Part shown: positions 63,558-63,751 of the stretch, in pieces
Numbering within the stretch: position 1 is the stretch's first letter
Layout: the number at the start of each line of letters is the position of its first letter
From: Octopus bimaculoides
Lineage: Eukaryota
Assembly: GCF_001194135.2 (NCBI RefSeq)
Contig: NC_068981.1
Span: forward strand, 54,388,050-54,451,800
DNA length: 63,751 bases
Direction of reading: 5' to 3'
Made by a program: the position numbers and the translations under genes
Notes under the pieces: generated by a model
What the model saw: the letters and a program-made list of their open reading frames with translations, nothing else
What the model was told of the DNA's origin: nothing
Database searches by the model: none

Positions 63558-63751
63558 CATCATCATCATCATCATCATCGTTTAACGTCCGCTTTCCATG
63601 CTAGCATGGGTTGGACGATTTGACTGAGGACTGGTGAAACCGGATGGCAACACCAGGCTCCAGTCTGATTTGGCAGAGTTTCTACAGCTGGATGCCCTTC
63701 CTAACGCCAACCACTCAGAGAGTGTAGTGGGTGCTTTTACGTGTCACCCGC
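63558..63751 (-). mobile_element. Well-preserved RTE-tail (GAT)n repeat, cut by the window end
   Basis: (cat)n cgtttaacgtccgctttccatgctagcatgggttggacg...ctggatgcccttcctaacgccaaccactc. CpGs retained. Confidence 0.85.

Overview
AT-rich, microsatellite-dense animal genomic DNA from a gapped assembly (N runs at 3350-3699, 18416-18425, 40924-40933, 47736-47773). The SINE repertoire points to an octopus/coleoid cephalopod (inference). The only host gene I can support is a + strand ZNRF3/RNF43-like transmembrane E3 ligase (Wnt-receptor regulator). Five phase-0 coding exons lie at 55243-63132: three PA-domain exons, a TM exon and a 24-nt juxtamembrane micro-exon. The signal-peptide exon and the RING exons are outside the window, so bases 1-55242 appear to be one giant intron. 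That intron and the later introns are filled with mobile-element remnants: tRNA-derived SINEs, RTE, R4/Dong-like, Hero-like, CR1/Jockey-group and Penelope retroelements, mariner, maT, Tigger, hAT and Helitrons, several nested with readable target sites. The most unusual signals are: (i) a tRNA-headed short element whose tail folds into a Penelope-type minimal hammerhead ribozyme, present as a ~520-bp head-to-head palindrome (40688-41206); (ii) a fold-back mariner built from two 5' ends; (iii) a complete Helitron inside a Buster/Charlie-type hAT MITE; (iv) in-frame alternative splice sites around the TM segment of the ZNRF3-like gene. All homology calls are motif recognition by eye, not database searches. 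Repeat boundaries are approximate unless a TSD/TIR is quoted.
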